Below are positions 8,752-17,024 of a stretch of DNA of 37,646 nt, piece by piece; position 1 is the stretch's first letter; each line of letters starts with the position of its first letter. Location: positions 1 to 37,646 of IMG/VR virus record IMGVR_UViG_3300030376_006176. One strand, given 5' to 3'. The notes beneath the pieces were generated by a model. It was not told the origin of the DNA. It ran no database searches and saw nothing but the letters and a program-made list of their open reading frames with translations. The stretch is from a virus (Duplodnaviria > Caudoviricetes). Both the position numbers and the translations under genes were made by a program.

Positions 8752-9390
8752 ATGATTGAAGTTGAACAATTCCAAACGTGCGAAGAACACCTGGAGAAGG
8801 AGCGCCTGCTATCCAAAGAGCAGCGCGACCAGTTGCGCGAAGAGCTCAGGCGCACCCTAGAAAACCCAAGCGAAATTGATCTTTACGTGTGGGGCATTCT
8901 CAATGGTGCGCACGGTGAAAAGGTAGCAGAGGGCGCGCACCTGCTCATTGAGCAAAAGCGGATTCATTTTGCTTGGCTCGTACAGCTGGCCTGCGCTTGC
9001 TACCTAGACGCCGCGCCGTCGCAAACGCGCCACGTTTGGGACAAGCTGGAGCCAGAACAACGCGACGAAATACGCGAAGAGCTGCAGGTCACCGCGGACC
9101 ATTGGAGCGCCATTGGTTTTGTCAAACTTGAGCGCAGCGAAGATCCACCCGCCACAAGCTATGGTGGCGCACTGCTTCACAATTACAAGGCAGGGCTCTT
9201 GCAAGTTGAGTGCATCTATCCGGACGGACTGGAGCGCGTTGAAGACTATGTTTTGTACGAGGGCCGGTGGCATAATTGCCACTTGTTAGACCGTACGCGG
9301 GCGGGTGTTCGTTTCACTGAGCGCAAAGGTTTCAGCCCTCAAAAATACGCCATCGAGTGCAAGCAAAAGAACGGCGTCGCCAATGATTAG
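8752..9390 (+). CDS. Hypothetical early protein
   Basis: AAGGAG RBS before the ATG at 8752, in frame with the 8695-9390 ORF. Confidence 0.7.
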   Translation: MIEVEQFQTCEEHLEKERLLSKEQRDQLREELRRTLENPSEIDLYVWGILNGAHGEKVAEGAHLLIEQKRIHFAWLVQLACACYLDAAPSQTRHVWDKLEPEQRDEIREELQVTADHWSAIGFVKLERSEDPPATSYGGALLHNYKAGLLQVECIYPDGLERVEDYVLYEGRWHNCHLLDRTRAGVRFTERKGFSPQKYAIECKQKNGVAND

Positions 9391-10282
9391 ACCAAACCTT
9401 ATGCCACGGTATCAAAGGCGGGCTCGCGGGTTCTTGCGTAAAAGCAAGGCCCGCGGCCTGCAGGTCTATAAAGGGCCGTCTACCATGCCCGGCCTACGCA
9501 GTGCGCCACAAGTGCTAGGGCTTGTTTCTTTTTACAGCTCAAACTTAAAACTTGGCAATGAGTATCAGACTTGGCACCTGCGCGCCGATGAACACCCGCT
9601 AAACATTAGGCGCGAGAAGCGCGACCAGGCTATATGCGGAGACTGTGCGCTAAAAGAACCTTGTTACGTTGCAGGGCGCACGCTCAATGGAATTTGGCGC
9701 AGTGTAGGCAATGGCAATTACCCAAGCGTTGAAGAGTTTGCGCAAGAGCTGCGCCTACCCGCTGCGCAGGCTCTGCAGGTGCTTGGCTCAATGCCAGCTG
9801 GCGTTCGTTTTGGTGCTTATGGTGACCCAGTATCAATGCCTGTTGGCATTGCGCAGGCACTGACGCGCCACGCAGGCACCCACCAAGGCTACACGCACCA
9901 GTGGCGCAGGCTACCCGCCAGCCCATGGTCTCGCTTACTGATGGCAAGCTGTGAACGTCCGGACCAGGTACCGGACGCGGTGCGCATGGGTTACCGTTGT
10001 TACGTTGTATACCCGCCCGAATTGACGCGCAAAGAAGCGCGCCGCGCTATCTTCAACGCTTGCAAAGCTGCAGGCATGGCGCGGCCTATTCTCGCAGAGT
10101 GTCCGGCAAGCGAACGCGCTGGCGCTCAAGTTGATTGCGTGTCTTGTCCTATTCAGTGCGATGGCGTGAAGATCGGCGCACCTTGGCAAGTAGTAAGCGC
10201 AGCTCATGGCGGAGCTGCAGCAATGGGACGTTATCGAAAAATGAATTTTGCGCACGTATGGCGTAGCTTTTTGGAGAGCTAA
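9383..10282 (+). CDS. Cys-rich Gp88-like/DUF7227-type protein, probable metal or Fe-S binding
   Basis: Motifs ICGDC...CYV, VRFGAYGDP, GYTHQW, LMAS, ECPA...CVSC...C, AAHG. Confidence 0.65.
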   Translation: MIRPNLMPRYQRRARGFLRKSKARGLQVYKGPSTMPGLRSAPQVLGLVSFYSSNLKLGNEYQTWHLRADEHPLNIRREKRDQAICGDCALKEPCYVAGRTLNGIWRSVGNGNYPSVEEFAQELRLPAAQALQVLGSMPAGVRFGAYGDPVSMPVGIAQALTRHAGTHQGYTHQWRRLPASPWSRLLMASCERPDQVPDAVRMGYRCYVVYPPELTRKEARRAIFNACKAAGMARPILAECPASERAGAQVDCVSCPIQCDGVKIGAPWQVVSAAHGGAAAMGRYRKMNFAHVWRSFLES

Positions 10283-10284
10283 AA

Positions 10285-10410
10285 ATGCAAGTTTTGTTTA
10301 CTTCGCTTTACTTAGAAGAGTGCATGGCATGGCTAGAACAACGGCCGAAAGTTTGCGCTATTATAGATCGCACAATTGACGGGCGCTATCAGGTGCTCAA
10401 CGCAGCTTAA
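10285..10410 (+). CDS. Hypothetical protein (41 aa)
   Basis: Manually translated MQVLFTSLYLEECMAWLEQRP...; GGAG RBS; fills the gap. Confidence 0.5.
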   Translation: MQVLFTSLYLEECMAWLEQRPKVCAIIDRTIDGRYQVLNAA

Positions 10411-10419
10411 GGGGCAAAA

Positions 10420-10638
10420 ATGAGAAACTACAGCAAAGGCGACCGCGTACAGACTCTAATCTATACCCTGTACGCAGGCGCTCCAGGGTTGACCACGAAA
10501 CGCATTAAGAGTGGAACGGTTGTGGGTGTTGGCCTTGTGGATATGGTCGGCGGACCCGAGGTCAAAATCCTTTGGGACGGTGACCACGAGCCCTACAGCG
10601 AGAACCCAAACGAGCTAGACCCGTTGCCGTTATCTTAA
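10420..10638 (+). CDS. Small hypothetical protein, SH3/KOW-like pattern
   Basis: YSKGDRV...GTVVG...VKILWDG...NELDP; AAGGGG RBS. Confidence 0.6.
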   Translation: MRNYSKGDRVQTLIYTLYAGAPGLTTKRIKSGTVVGVGLVDMVGGPEVKILWDGDHEPYSENPNELDPLPLS

Positions 10639-10651
10639 CAGGCCAGCCAAG

Positions 10652-10687
10652 AGCAGCACCCGCCCTTGTGGCGGGTGTTGTTTTTTT
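10652..10687 (+). terminator. Rho-independent terminator ending the early operon
   Basis: Stem cagcacccgcc / ggcgggtgttg followed by T7. Confidence 0.85.
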
Positions 10688-10888
10688 GCGCATACCTTGA
10701 GCAGGGCGCACCCGCTAAACGCCAGTACAGAGCACGCTAGAGCCTTACAGAGCAGCGCCCGCCCTGCGCCGATCCTTTCGTTTTGCTTAGTTGGTAAGTG
10801 CAGGCGCGCTACTTACCAAGGCCGAAAACACGCCAGAATTTTACAGCTGTAACTTTTCAAATGGCGCTTTTAAGAAGCTGGATTTTTG

Positions 10889-10960
10889 CGGGAGGCTCAC
10901 CACTGGCGAAACCACGGGAGGCTCACCACTGGCGTTTTTGCGGGAGGCTTACCACTGGCG
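10889..10960 (+). repeat. Three 20-bp direct repeats CGGGAGGCTYACCACTGGCG at 26-bp period (iteron-like)
   Basis: Copies at 10889-10908, 10915-10934 and 10941-10960 with 6-bp linkers aaacca and tttttg. Confidence 0.9.
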
Positions 10961-10980
10961 TTTTTATTTAGGGTGAAGAC

Positions 10981-11010
10981 TTGACAACCCTGAAACACTA
11001 TTGCAAAGCA
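10981..11010 (+). promoter_or_regulatory. Possible promoter for the middle operon
   Basis: TTGACA at 10981 in the same GACTTGACAA context as 7790; no convincing -10. Confidence 0.3.
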
Positions 11011-11044
11011 CTGGTGTAACCTTTACAGCAGAGGAGCAATCAAG

Positions 11045-11317
11045 GTGACTACAAGAAGGGTGCATCCTAATTTACCGCAAGCACTGGAGAGCAAGGTGCG
11101 CAAAGAGTTGGTAGAGCACGATGCAGAGGAGGGCGGAGTGTATGTGTACATCCGACGTGCAAACCCGCAAGGATCTTCTACTCCACCACTAAGCAATGAG
11201 GATATAGCAACGATTAGAAGGATGTTTAGAGCAGGCAAGGCAAGTGCATCAGAGCTCGCCAAGCTGTACGGTAAAACAAGACAGACAATCTATAATGTAT
11301 TGAAGGATACCCGATGA
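11045..11317 (+). CDS. Helix-turn-helix DNA-binding protein
   Basis: GAGGAG RBS; C-terminal SASELAKLYGKTRQTIYNVL. Confidence 0.75.
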   Translation: MTTRRVHPNLPQALESKVRKELVEHDAEEGGVYVYIRRANPQGSSTPPLSNEDIATIRRMFRAGKASASELAKLYGKTRQTIYNVLKDTR

Positions 11318-11967
11318 CTATAGATAACAAACAGTCTCAGCCTGAGCAGGCAAGTGCTGCAGGGCTAGAGTATATCAAGCCTAAGATGAATGAAATGCAG
11401 GCCGCTATTTTGGCTATGCTTCAGAGTCGAGGCTTTCATGGTGCGACCGATAGCGAAGTCGCACACTACTTAGGCTTGGGTGACAACGCCCGCAAGCGAC
11501 GTGGTGAGTTGTGCAAAGAGGGCTTAGTTGTACCTTCAGAGCGCAAGCGCCCTGCGTGTGACATCTACGGACGCGAAAGCGGGCCGACGCAGCAGACTGT
11601 GTGGGTAGCTAGAGAGTACAGCCCAGCACACAAGCACGAAAGCAAAGACATTGCGCAGCTGGAGCAGGCTATCAAAGACTTGATGACTGAAGCACGCAGA
11701 ATCAAACGCACACTGCGCAAAGCTGATCGGACGCCCGATGCAATCTACTCTTTGCATGTGCGCCTGACGCAAGCACACGCAGCATACAGCATTACGTTTT
11801 GGCAGGCCTGGGAAACGCTCAAGATGCAAGAGTGCACCCAGTGTCATGGCCAGGGTGAGTATGAGGCTTGGTGTGATGCAGCGGATGGTCGTGGTGAGCA
11901 CACTACCCGCCATTGGATTGAATCATGTGAAGAGTGCAACGGTGAAGGCGAGGTAGAGTATGAGTGA
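11314..11967 (+). CDS. Winged-HTH protein with C-terminal DnaJ-type CXXCXGXG zinc finger
   Basis: GATDSEVAHYLG...RKRRGELCKEGLV; CTQCHGQG and CEECNGEG. Confidence 0.65.
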   Translation: MTIDNKQSQPEQASAAGLEYIKPKMNEMQAAILAMLQSRGFHGATDSEVAHYLGLGDNARKRRGELCKEGLVVPSERKRPACDIYGRESGPTQQTVWVAREYSPAHKHESKDIAQLEQAIKDLMTEARRIKRTLRKADRTPDAIYSLHVRLTQAHAAYSITFWQAWETLKMQECTQCHGQGEYEAWCDAADGRGEHTTRHWIESCEECNGEGEVEYE

Positions 11968-12289
11968 CGCAACGTACACAGTGTACTGCGATGGCAGCAG
12001 CGAGTGCATCTGTATCAATATTGAGTTTCCTGCCCAAGAGCGCACGACTGTTGGTGCTGAGATTTGGCTGCGCTCCCGTGAAACTGCAGAGGATCTGCTT
12101 CAACAGATCAAAGAGGCCACGGTTGCTAGCGACAAGGCGGAGTACACCTACGTCAGTGTTGGTAGCAGTGGTGCAGTCAGCGTTGAGATGGAGCCTACCA
12201 AATGGCAGCACCTGTCGTATCTTCTGCAGGATGCAATCGCCAATGTTTATGATGGTTGTTCGTTACCTATTATGGAGCGTAGAGCATGA
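11960..12289 (+). CDS. Hypothetical protein
   Basis: GAGG RBS; overlaps both neighbours. Confidence 0.65.
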   Translation: MSDATYTVYCDGSSECICINIEFPAQERTTVGAEIWLRSRETAEDLLQQIKEATVASDKAEYTYVSVGSSGAVSVEMEPTKWQHLSYLLQDAIANVYDGCSLPIMERRA

Positions 12290-13149
12290 GCTATCACGAC
12301 TTGAACCCGATCGAGCACGGGGTAAACTGGAGCGCACTCAAAGTGTTGCTGACCAGCAGCCCACTGCATTTCTATAACCGTTTCCTGCTGGGTGTGGACA
12401 GCCCAGCTTCTGCAGCCATGATCTTTGGCCGGCTGATTCACTGCGCCGTGCTCGAAGATCACATGCTGACCAAAGAGTTTGCCGTCAAACCTGAGGCCCC
12501 AGCAGATAAGCCCACTTACTTTCGCACCAAGGATGGTCGCGCTGAAATGGAGCTGTGGAAGTCTCGCAATAAAGGGCGAGACATTGTGAAGGCTGAAGAT
12601 ATGGATAGAGCCCTAGCAATGGTTGGTGCGCTTAGGCGCAAAGATCGTTCACGGTTTTGGCTGTGGGAGTCTACTGGCCAAAACGAGCAGGCGTACCAGT
12701 GGGAGGTAGAGCTGCCTGATTTTCCCAAAGCTGTGCTGTGTCGTGGCAAGATGGATAGGGTAGCAGAGGTAGACGGCAAGAAGTATATTGTCGATTATAA
12801 GTCTACCGCCAAGACGCCTACGCTGGGCACTTTTGGCCGCACGGTGGGCGAGTACCTGTATCACGCACAGATGGCGTTCTACATGGACGGTGAGAAGGCT
12901 GACGGAGCAGTGCTCGTGGCGCAAGAGACGCGTGAGCCCTACGATTCTGCAGTCTATGTTTTGTCAGCGGAGGTACTGGACGAAGGGCGTCGGATTTACG
13001 CTGAAGCGTTGCAACGTTACGCTGACTGCGTTTTGAATCATAAGATGGAATCACCAGACCGAGCTATAGCAGCTTGGCCTGGCATTGTAGAACAACAGGA
13101 TCTTAGTCTTGGCAGCCTAGGTGGCTGGGCCGATAGGAGTTTCCGATGA
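12286..13149 (+). CDS. RecE/exonuclease VIII-like PD-(D/E)XK nuclease
   Basis: AMIFGRLIHCAVLE, CRGKMD, IVDYKST, YHAQMAFY motifs. Confidence 0.85.
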   Translation: MSYHDLNPIEHGVNWSALKVLLTSSPLHFYNRFLLGVDSPASAAMIFGRLIHCAVLEDHMLTKEFAVKPEAPADKPTYFRTKDGRAEMELWKSRNKGRDIVKAEDMDRALAMVGALRRKDRSRFWLWESTGQNEQAYQWEVELPDFPKAVLCRGKMDRVAEVDGKKYIVDYKSTAKTPTLGTFGRTVGEYLYHAQMAFYMDGEKADGAVLVAQETREPYDSAVYVLSAEVLDEGRRIYAEALQRYADCVLNHKMESPDRAIAAWPGIVEQQDLSLGSLGGWADRSFR

Positions 13150-13784
13150 GCAACACAGCGTTATGGGATAAAGTCTTTGGGACTGACCCTAAGTACACCA
13201 AGTTTGTAAAGGTAGGTCGTGGCTTTACCACTATTGATGCCTACTACCAGGTCAAGCGTGCTACTGAAGTCTTTGGTCCAGTCGGTCATGGCTGGGGCTG
13301 GGACACCGATGAAACCTACACCGATGGTGTGGTCGTGGTGAAGATCCATCTTTGGTACAAGCACCCTGATACTGGTGAAGTATCGCAGCCTGTTGTTCAC
13401 TTTGGCTGCAAAGCCATGACTAACAAAGGTGGTCGTATCAATGAAGACGCAGTCAAGAGCGCCACAACCGACGCGCTGACTAAAGCCCTGAGTTATATTG
13501 GCTTCAACGGCGATGTGTTTATGGGCATGTTTGATGACAACAAATACGTCTCGCAGCAGCGCGAAAAGTTTGAAGAGCAAGCGGAAGCGCCAAGCAACGA
13601 CCAGGCCGAGCTCATGTCGCAGCTGTCTATGGAGATCAGCACAGCATTAGACCAAGGGCAGTTGCAGGCATTGCGACCACGCTTGTCTGAAGCCAAGGGT
13701 AAACTCAATAAGTCGATGGTGCGTGAACTGGGCACCCTCTTTATCAATCGCATGGAATCATTCACTAAGGAGCAATCAGAATGA
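13146..13784 (+). CDS. Sak/Rad52-like single-strand annealing protein
   Basis: TEVFGPVGHGWG and EDAVKSATTDALTKALSYIGF; lies between exonuclease and SSB. Confidence 0.75.
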   Translation: MSNTALWDKVFGTDPKYTKFVKVGRGFTTIDAYYQVKRATEVFGPVGHGWGWDTDETYTDGVVVVKIHLWYKHPDTGEVSQPVVHFGCKAMTNKGGRINEDAVKSATTDALTKALSYIGFNGDVFMGMFDDNKYVSQQREKFEEQAEAPSNDQAELMSQLSMEISTALDQGQLQALRPRLSEAKGKLNKSMVRELGTLFINRMESFTKEQSE

Positions 13785-14188
13785 ACTTATTTATTTGCAC
13801 AGGCAATCTTACCAAAGACCCTGAACTTCGCACTGTTGGAGAGGGTAAGTCTGTTACCACTTTGCGCATTGCCGTAAACTCCGGCCGCGATCAGGCCATC
13901 TTTATCAACGTTACAGTGTGGGATCGACCAGCAGAAAACTGCTGCACCTACCTGCGCAAGGGCAGCAACGTCACTGTGCGTGGCGAGTTGAAAGAGCCAC
14001 GCATCTACACTGCTCGCAGTGGTGAGGCTAGGGCTGATCTGGAAGTGACTGCTGAACGCTACGGTGGCGTTGAGTTTGGGCGACAGCAAGAGCGTGAAGA
14101 ACGCCCTAAGTTTACTAATCAAACGCAGCACGAATATCGTGGTGGTGACAAACCCAGTAGGGATGATGATGACTGGACACCATTCTAG
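13781..14188 (+). CDS. ssb: Single-stranded DNA-binding protein
   Basis: GNLTKDPELR, YLRKGSNVTVRGEL, acidic tail DDDDWTPF. Confidence 0.93.
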   Translation: MNLFICTGNLTKDPELRTVGEGKSVTTLRIAVNSGRDQAIFINVTVWDRPAENCCTYLRKGSNVTVRGELKEPRIYTARSGEARADLEVTAERYGGVEFGRQQEREERPKFTNQTQHEYRGGDKPSRDDDDWTPF

Positions 14189-14201
14189 GTTCAAGCCGTA
14201 C

Positions 14202-14714
14202 ATGAGCGTGCTTGGCAACAACCGTTACCAGTGTCAGATTTGCAATCGCATAATTGATTCCTGGGATGGTGCGCCGATGTGTGACCACGAGCTACGCATC
14301 TTCGTGCCAGGGCGTCCTTTACCAAAGCAGTCTGCACGCTTTGGTAAGGGGCGCTCATGGCAGCCAAAGGAAAAGACGCAATACAAAAAAACAGTTGAGT
14401 TGTTTGTGCGTGAAGCATGGCTCAAAGCAGGCAAGCCCAAATATGAATCGCCATTCAGTGTACGTTTAGATTTTGTTTTCGCTTGGCCAAAGAGCACCAA
14501 GAAGGCGTTGCGTGATACCTACGCCTGGCGCACCAGCAGGCCAGATTTAGATAACCTGACTAAGATGTGTCTTGATAGTTTGTCGCTGCTGATACCTGAA
14601 GATTCAGCAGTCGTTGAGCTATGGCTAACGAAGCGCAACGGCCCTGCAGACAAAGAGGGCGTAACCATTACCATTATGAATAGTAGGCCACATGATACCG
14701 ACGACGATACTTGA
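14202..14714 (+). CDS. rusA: RusA-family Holliday junction resolvase
   Basis: VPGRPLPKQSAR, WPKS, RPDLDNLTKMCLDSL; likely ATG at 14202 after the ssb stop. Confidence 0.85.
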   Translation: MSVLGNNRYQCQICNRIIDSWDGAPMCDHELRIFVPGRPLPKQSARFGKGRSWQPKEKTQYKKTVELFVREAWLKAGKPKYESPFSVRLDFVFAWPKSTKKALRDTYAWRTSRPDLDNLTKMCLDSLSLLIPEDSAVVELWLTKRNGPADKEGVTITIMNSRPHDTDDDT

Positions 14715-15507
14715 CGCAATGTGGAAGGCCAAGCAGGCGCTTGGTCATACTGATCGAAGCAAGATGCCACAGTTTATTTGCCCTGTGTGCAATCAACTCA
14801 AAGCCACAACTTGGCATGAGGTAGACAAAGAGCGTGGCTTTTGGACAGATGAAACAGCTTGCATTACTTGTGAAGAACGCAACGAAGCAGAGCAGGTCAA
14901 GGTGTCTTTGCGCAAGCGGTTTGATAGATCAGGCATACCACCTATCCACCAAATCTATACGCTGCGCAGCAAAGAGCAGCCATGCGGGCGCATTCCTTTG
15001 CCAAGCGTTGCTAGTCAGCAACAGGCAACTGTTACCGCTCGACAATACAAAGTGCCATCTTGGATATGCTTGGCTGGACCTGTTGGCGTAGGCAAGACAA
15101 CTATTCTGACTGCGTTGATGTGTGACTTGATAGTCAAAGACCGACGCAACAGATCCTTCCAATGGGAAACTGAAGCAGGATTGTTTAGAAAAGCTGACAT
15201 TGCTGCAGATAAAAGCCACGCAGCCAGGGTCAAAGTTATGCAAGCTGCTGCTGAAACAACAGTGCTTATGCTTGATGATTTAGCTGGTAACAGGCGCGGC
15301 CTTACTGACTGGCAGGGTGGAGCGATACGCGATCTTATTGATGAGCGCCACCGCTACCAAAGACCAACGCTATTCACGACCAACATGCTCAACTGGAAAC
15401 ACTTAGAGCAACGGTATGGTTCACACGTTATTAGTCGCATGATTGCTGCGAGCACTGGCTTGATGCAGTTGACTGGTGAAGACTTGCGGTATGGGAGCAA
15501 CACATGA
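14692..15507 (+). CDS. DnaC/IstB-like AAA+ ATPase (helicase-loader type)
   Basis: Walker A GPVGVGKT, Walker B LMLDDL, LIDERH, TLFTTN, ISRM; N-terminal CPVC...CITC. Confidence 0.85.
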   Translation: MIPTTILDAMWKAKQALGHTDRSKMPQFICPVCNQLKATTWHEVDKERGFWTDETACITCEERNEAEQVKVSLRKRFDRSGIPPIHQIYTLRSKEQPCGRIPLPSVASQQQATVTARQYKVPSWICLAGPVGVGKTTILTALMCDLIVKDRRNRSFQWETEAGLFRKADIAADKSHAARVKVMQAAAETTVLMLDDLAGNRRGLTDWQGGAIRDLIDERHRYQRPTLFTTNMLNWKHLEQRYGSHVISRMIAASTGLMQLTGEDLRYGSNT

Positions 15508-16457
15508 GCGTGATTCAGCGTATTGTCGAGGGCGCTAGAGAATGGCCTGAGATTATCGAGGATCGACCACTGGTGGTTTCGGTGTCGGGTGGCAAAGACA
15601 GCACTGCCATGGCGCTGTGGCTTATTGACCAAGGGCTCAAAGATAGGTGCACCTTTGTGTTTGCTGATACAAAGTGGGAGCACCCAGACTTGTATCGTTA
15701 CCTAGACGAAGTGCTGGAGCCTAAGATTGGTAAGATCCACAGGGCTGTATCTGAAAAGTATCCGGGCGGTATGCCTGATATGATACGCAAGAAACAGGCT
15801 TTCCCTTCTAATCGTTTGCGTTTCTGCACTGAGAACCTAAAGATTTTACCGCTGCGCAATTTTATAAACAAAGTGTGTGAAGAAACAGGCAAAGATCCTA
15901 TCAACGTTGTTGGTATACGAGCACAGGAATCACAGCGTCGGTCAAAGTTTGAAGAATGGGATGACGCAGGGCCTATGGAGTGTGATACATGGAGGCCCTT
16001 GATTGATTGGTTAGTCGAAGATGTTATTGCTATCCACACAAAGCACGCCATACCACCGTGCTCCTTATACTTGCGTGACAACCACCCAGCCAGTCGCGTT
16101 GGCTGCTACCCGTGCATCTTATCACGCAAGAAAGAAATACTAGCTGTTGCTGAACAAGATTCATGGCGCATTGATGAGATACGCACGCTTGAATCAGAGC
16201 TGCACGACAGTTACGCAAAGCGTTTAGCCGCAAAAGGGGAGACGTTTGAAAGCGCAGGCAGAAACAAGCCCGCCTATTTTCAAGCCCGCAAAAGACTGCA
16301 GGGCGAGGGCTGGGGTATAGACAAAGTTGTTGAGTGGTCGCGCACTACATTTGGCGGACTACAAGTTGAAATGTTCCACACGTCTGAGCCTGGCTGCCAG
16401 ATGTGGGGCCTATGTGATATTGGTGAAGGTACACCAGAAGGAGAACCCGATGAGTGA
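15504..16457 (+). CDS. PAPS reductase family (CysH/DndC-like) protein
   Basis: PP-loop SVSGGKDS, FADT.WE, RFCTENLK, GIRAQESQRR, RVGCYPC. Confidence 0.88.
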   Translation: MSVIQRIVEGAREWPEIIEDRPLVVSVSGGKDSTAMALWLIDQGLKDRCTFVFADTKWEHPDLYRYLDEVLEPKIGKIHRAVSEKYPGGMPDMIRKKQAFPSNRLRFCTENLKILPLRNFINKVCEETGKDPINVVGIRAQESQRRSKFEEWDDAGPMECDTWRPLIDWLVEDVIAIHTKHAIPPCSLYLRDNHPASRVGCYPCILSRKKEILAVAEQDSWRIDEIRTLESELHDSYAKRLAAKGETFESAGRNKPAYFQARKRLQGEGWGIDKVVEWSRTTFGGLQVEMFHTSEPGCQMWGLCDIGEGTPEGEPDE

Positions 16458-16650
16458 GCAAGTTGATTTGAGCAAGTGGAACAAAATGATGGGCCGGTTT
16501 CACGGTAGTGAAGTCAAGAGCTGGAAGAATGATCCACGAATCAAAGTGGTAAAGACTGACAAGACAGCGGAGCCATTTCCTGGATCACCGCAAGAAGACT
16601 TTGAAGACCAGACACTTTACGAGGCTTACTGTTTAGCTGGCGGCGAGTAA
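16450..16650 (+). CDS. Hypothetical protein (66 aa)
   Basis: AAGGAG RBS before the ATG at 16450. Confidence 0.65.
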   Translation: MSEQVDLSKWNKMMGRFHGSEVKSWKNDPRIKVVKTDKTAEPFPGSPQEDFEDQTLYEAYCLAGGE

Positions 16651-16688
16651 AAAAACAAAACGCCCCTGAGCATAGGGACGCTTTGCTT
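16649..16688 (-). terminator. Rho-independent terminator of the leftward late transcript
   Basis: Minus-strand GCAAAGCGTCCCT-atgctc-AGGGGCGTTTTGT stem with GU pairs, followed by a T run, at the convergence of the two arms. Confidence 0.7.
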
Positions 16689-16769
16689 ACAAAGGATGCG
16701 ACAGCGGAACCCGATGAAAAGTTCTATCGCACCTAACTCGTTAGCAGCACTGGCGAGATTGAGTCAAGC

Positions 16770-17003
16770 CTAAGGTCGGCGCTGGCCTCTGGCTTGCTGC
16801 ACAAGAACAAGAATATCTTCTTCTTTCCTAGTGCGCCATTGTGCGCCCCATAACGCTTGGTGTGCAGCAGCAAGGGCTGTAGCAGACACCTTTTCATCTT
16901 CTTCTAAATCTAGAAACTCAATGAGCCTGGGATCATACTCGGGCTCTTTGGGTTTTGCTGGAGATTTCTTTTTAGCAGCTGTCTTTTTCTTAGCAGTAGC
17001 CAT
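16770..17003 (-). CDS. Hypothetical protein with Lys/Ala-rich N-terminus
   Basis: MATAKKKTAAKKKSPAKPK; AAGG RBS. Confidence 0.65.
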   Translation of the reverse strand: MATAKKKTAAKKKSPAKPKEPEYDPRLIEFLDLEEDEKVSATALAAAHQALWGAQWRTRKEEDILVLVQQARGQRRP

Positions 17004-17024
17004 TACTCTGAACCTTTCTTGCGT

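Noticed and set aside
10889-10960. CRISPR mini-array
   Set aside because: Linkers are only 6 bp, and no cas genes are present.
7260-10960. GATC avoidance in the putative first-injected region
   Set aside because: GATC occurs near 7292, 8878 and 9142; other motifs would need a computed count.
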